Of a stretch of 64,000 nucleotides of DNA, positions 63,250 to 64,000 are shown one piece after another; position 1 is the stretch's first letter; each line of letters begins with the position of its first letter. The position numbers were made by a program, and so were the translations under genes. The stretch covers positions 158,536,001 to 158,600,000 of the forward strand of contig NC_058368.1 in NCBI RefSeq assembly GCF_018350175.1, given 5' to 3'. The DNA is from Felis catus. Its lineage: Eukaryota. Under the pieces are notes generated by a model. It was given only the letters and a program-made list of their open reading frames with translations, was not told where the DNA came from and ran no database searches.

Positions 63250-64000
63250 CACAAGAAAAGAAAAATACAAATCAATATCCTTTATAAATAGAGATGCACA
63301 AATCAACTAAATACACAAACTGAATCCAACAATATATATATAAAGTATTATCCATTATGACCGAGTGGAATTTATTCCAGGAACACAAGGTTGGTTTGAC
63401 GTCCAAAAATTAATGTGATACATCATATCAATAACACAGAATAGAAAATAAAAATCACATGACCATCTCACCAGATGCAGAAAGAAACACTTGATAAAAA
63501 CCAACACACTTTCATGATAAAACAATAAAGTAAGATGAAAGGAGAACTTCCTGAACTGCTAAAGGGCATCAACGAATAACACATTTAGTGGTAAAAGACT
63601 GAAAGATTTTCTCCTACGATCAGGAACAAGACAATGATATCTACTCTCACTACTTCTGTGCAGCATCATACTGCAGGTTCTAGCTGGGGAAATTAGGCAA
63701 AAACAAAATAAAACAAACAAACAAAACAATAATAAAAGGCATCCAGATTGAAAAGGAATAACTAAAGCTATCTCTATTTGTATATGAAATGATCTTATAC
63801 ATAGAAAATGCTAAAGTACCAAAAAGAATGTATTAGAGCTAAGAAATGAACATAAAGGTTACAGAAGACAAGATCAATGTACAAAAGTCAGTTGTGTTTC
63901 TAAACAATAACAATGAATAAGCCAAAAATGAAATTAAAACACGAGTTTCATATACAATGGCATCCAAACGTTAAAAGACTCAGGGATAGATTTAACCAAA
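63250..64000 (+). mobile_element. Old L1M ORF2 (RT region) fragment running off the window
   Basis: gatgcacaaatc...gatgcagaaag...caggaacaagacaa...aaaggcatccagattg...ctatctctatttg. Confidence 0.8.

Overview
Mammalian genomic DNA, almost certainly a felid/feliform carnivore, judged from SINEC_Fc-type CAN-SINEs and a young felid-type L1. The window holds the 3' part of LNPEP (leucyl/cystinyl aminopeptidase, IRAP/P-LAP; M1 zinc aminopeptidase) on the + strand. Sixteen coding exons (about exons 3-18 by human numbering, 888-46309) splice in frame with GT-AG boundaries and include the GAMEN and HExxH(x18)E motifs. The stop is at 46307-46309, followed by an inferred ~8.6 kb 3' UTR ending near AATAAA at 54921. 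Introns and the downstream region carry many SINEs, L1 fragments, an MLT1 LTR, hAT MERs and a U6 pseudogene. The most interesting signal lies in the putative 3' UTR: an old, diverged tandem array of ~14 units of ~235 bp (49780-53095). A typical unit carries a Pumilio-type UGUAUAUA element, a short hairpin with covarying pairs, a conserved core, a C/U-rich tract and an ~8-bp hairpin kept by G-U wobbles and a compensatory change. This layout recalls the NORAD repeat units, but here it sits inside an mRNA 3' UTR. Its function is inferred, not shown. Comparisons with human LNPEP and repeat consensus sequences are from memory and need checking.
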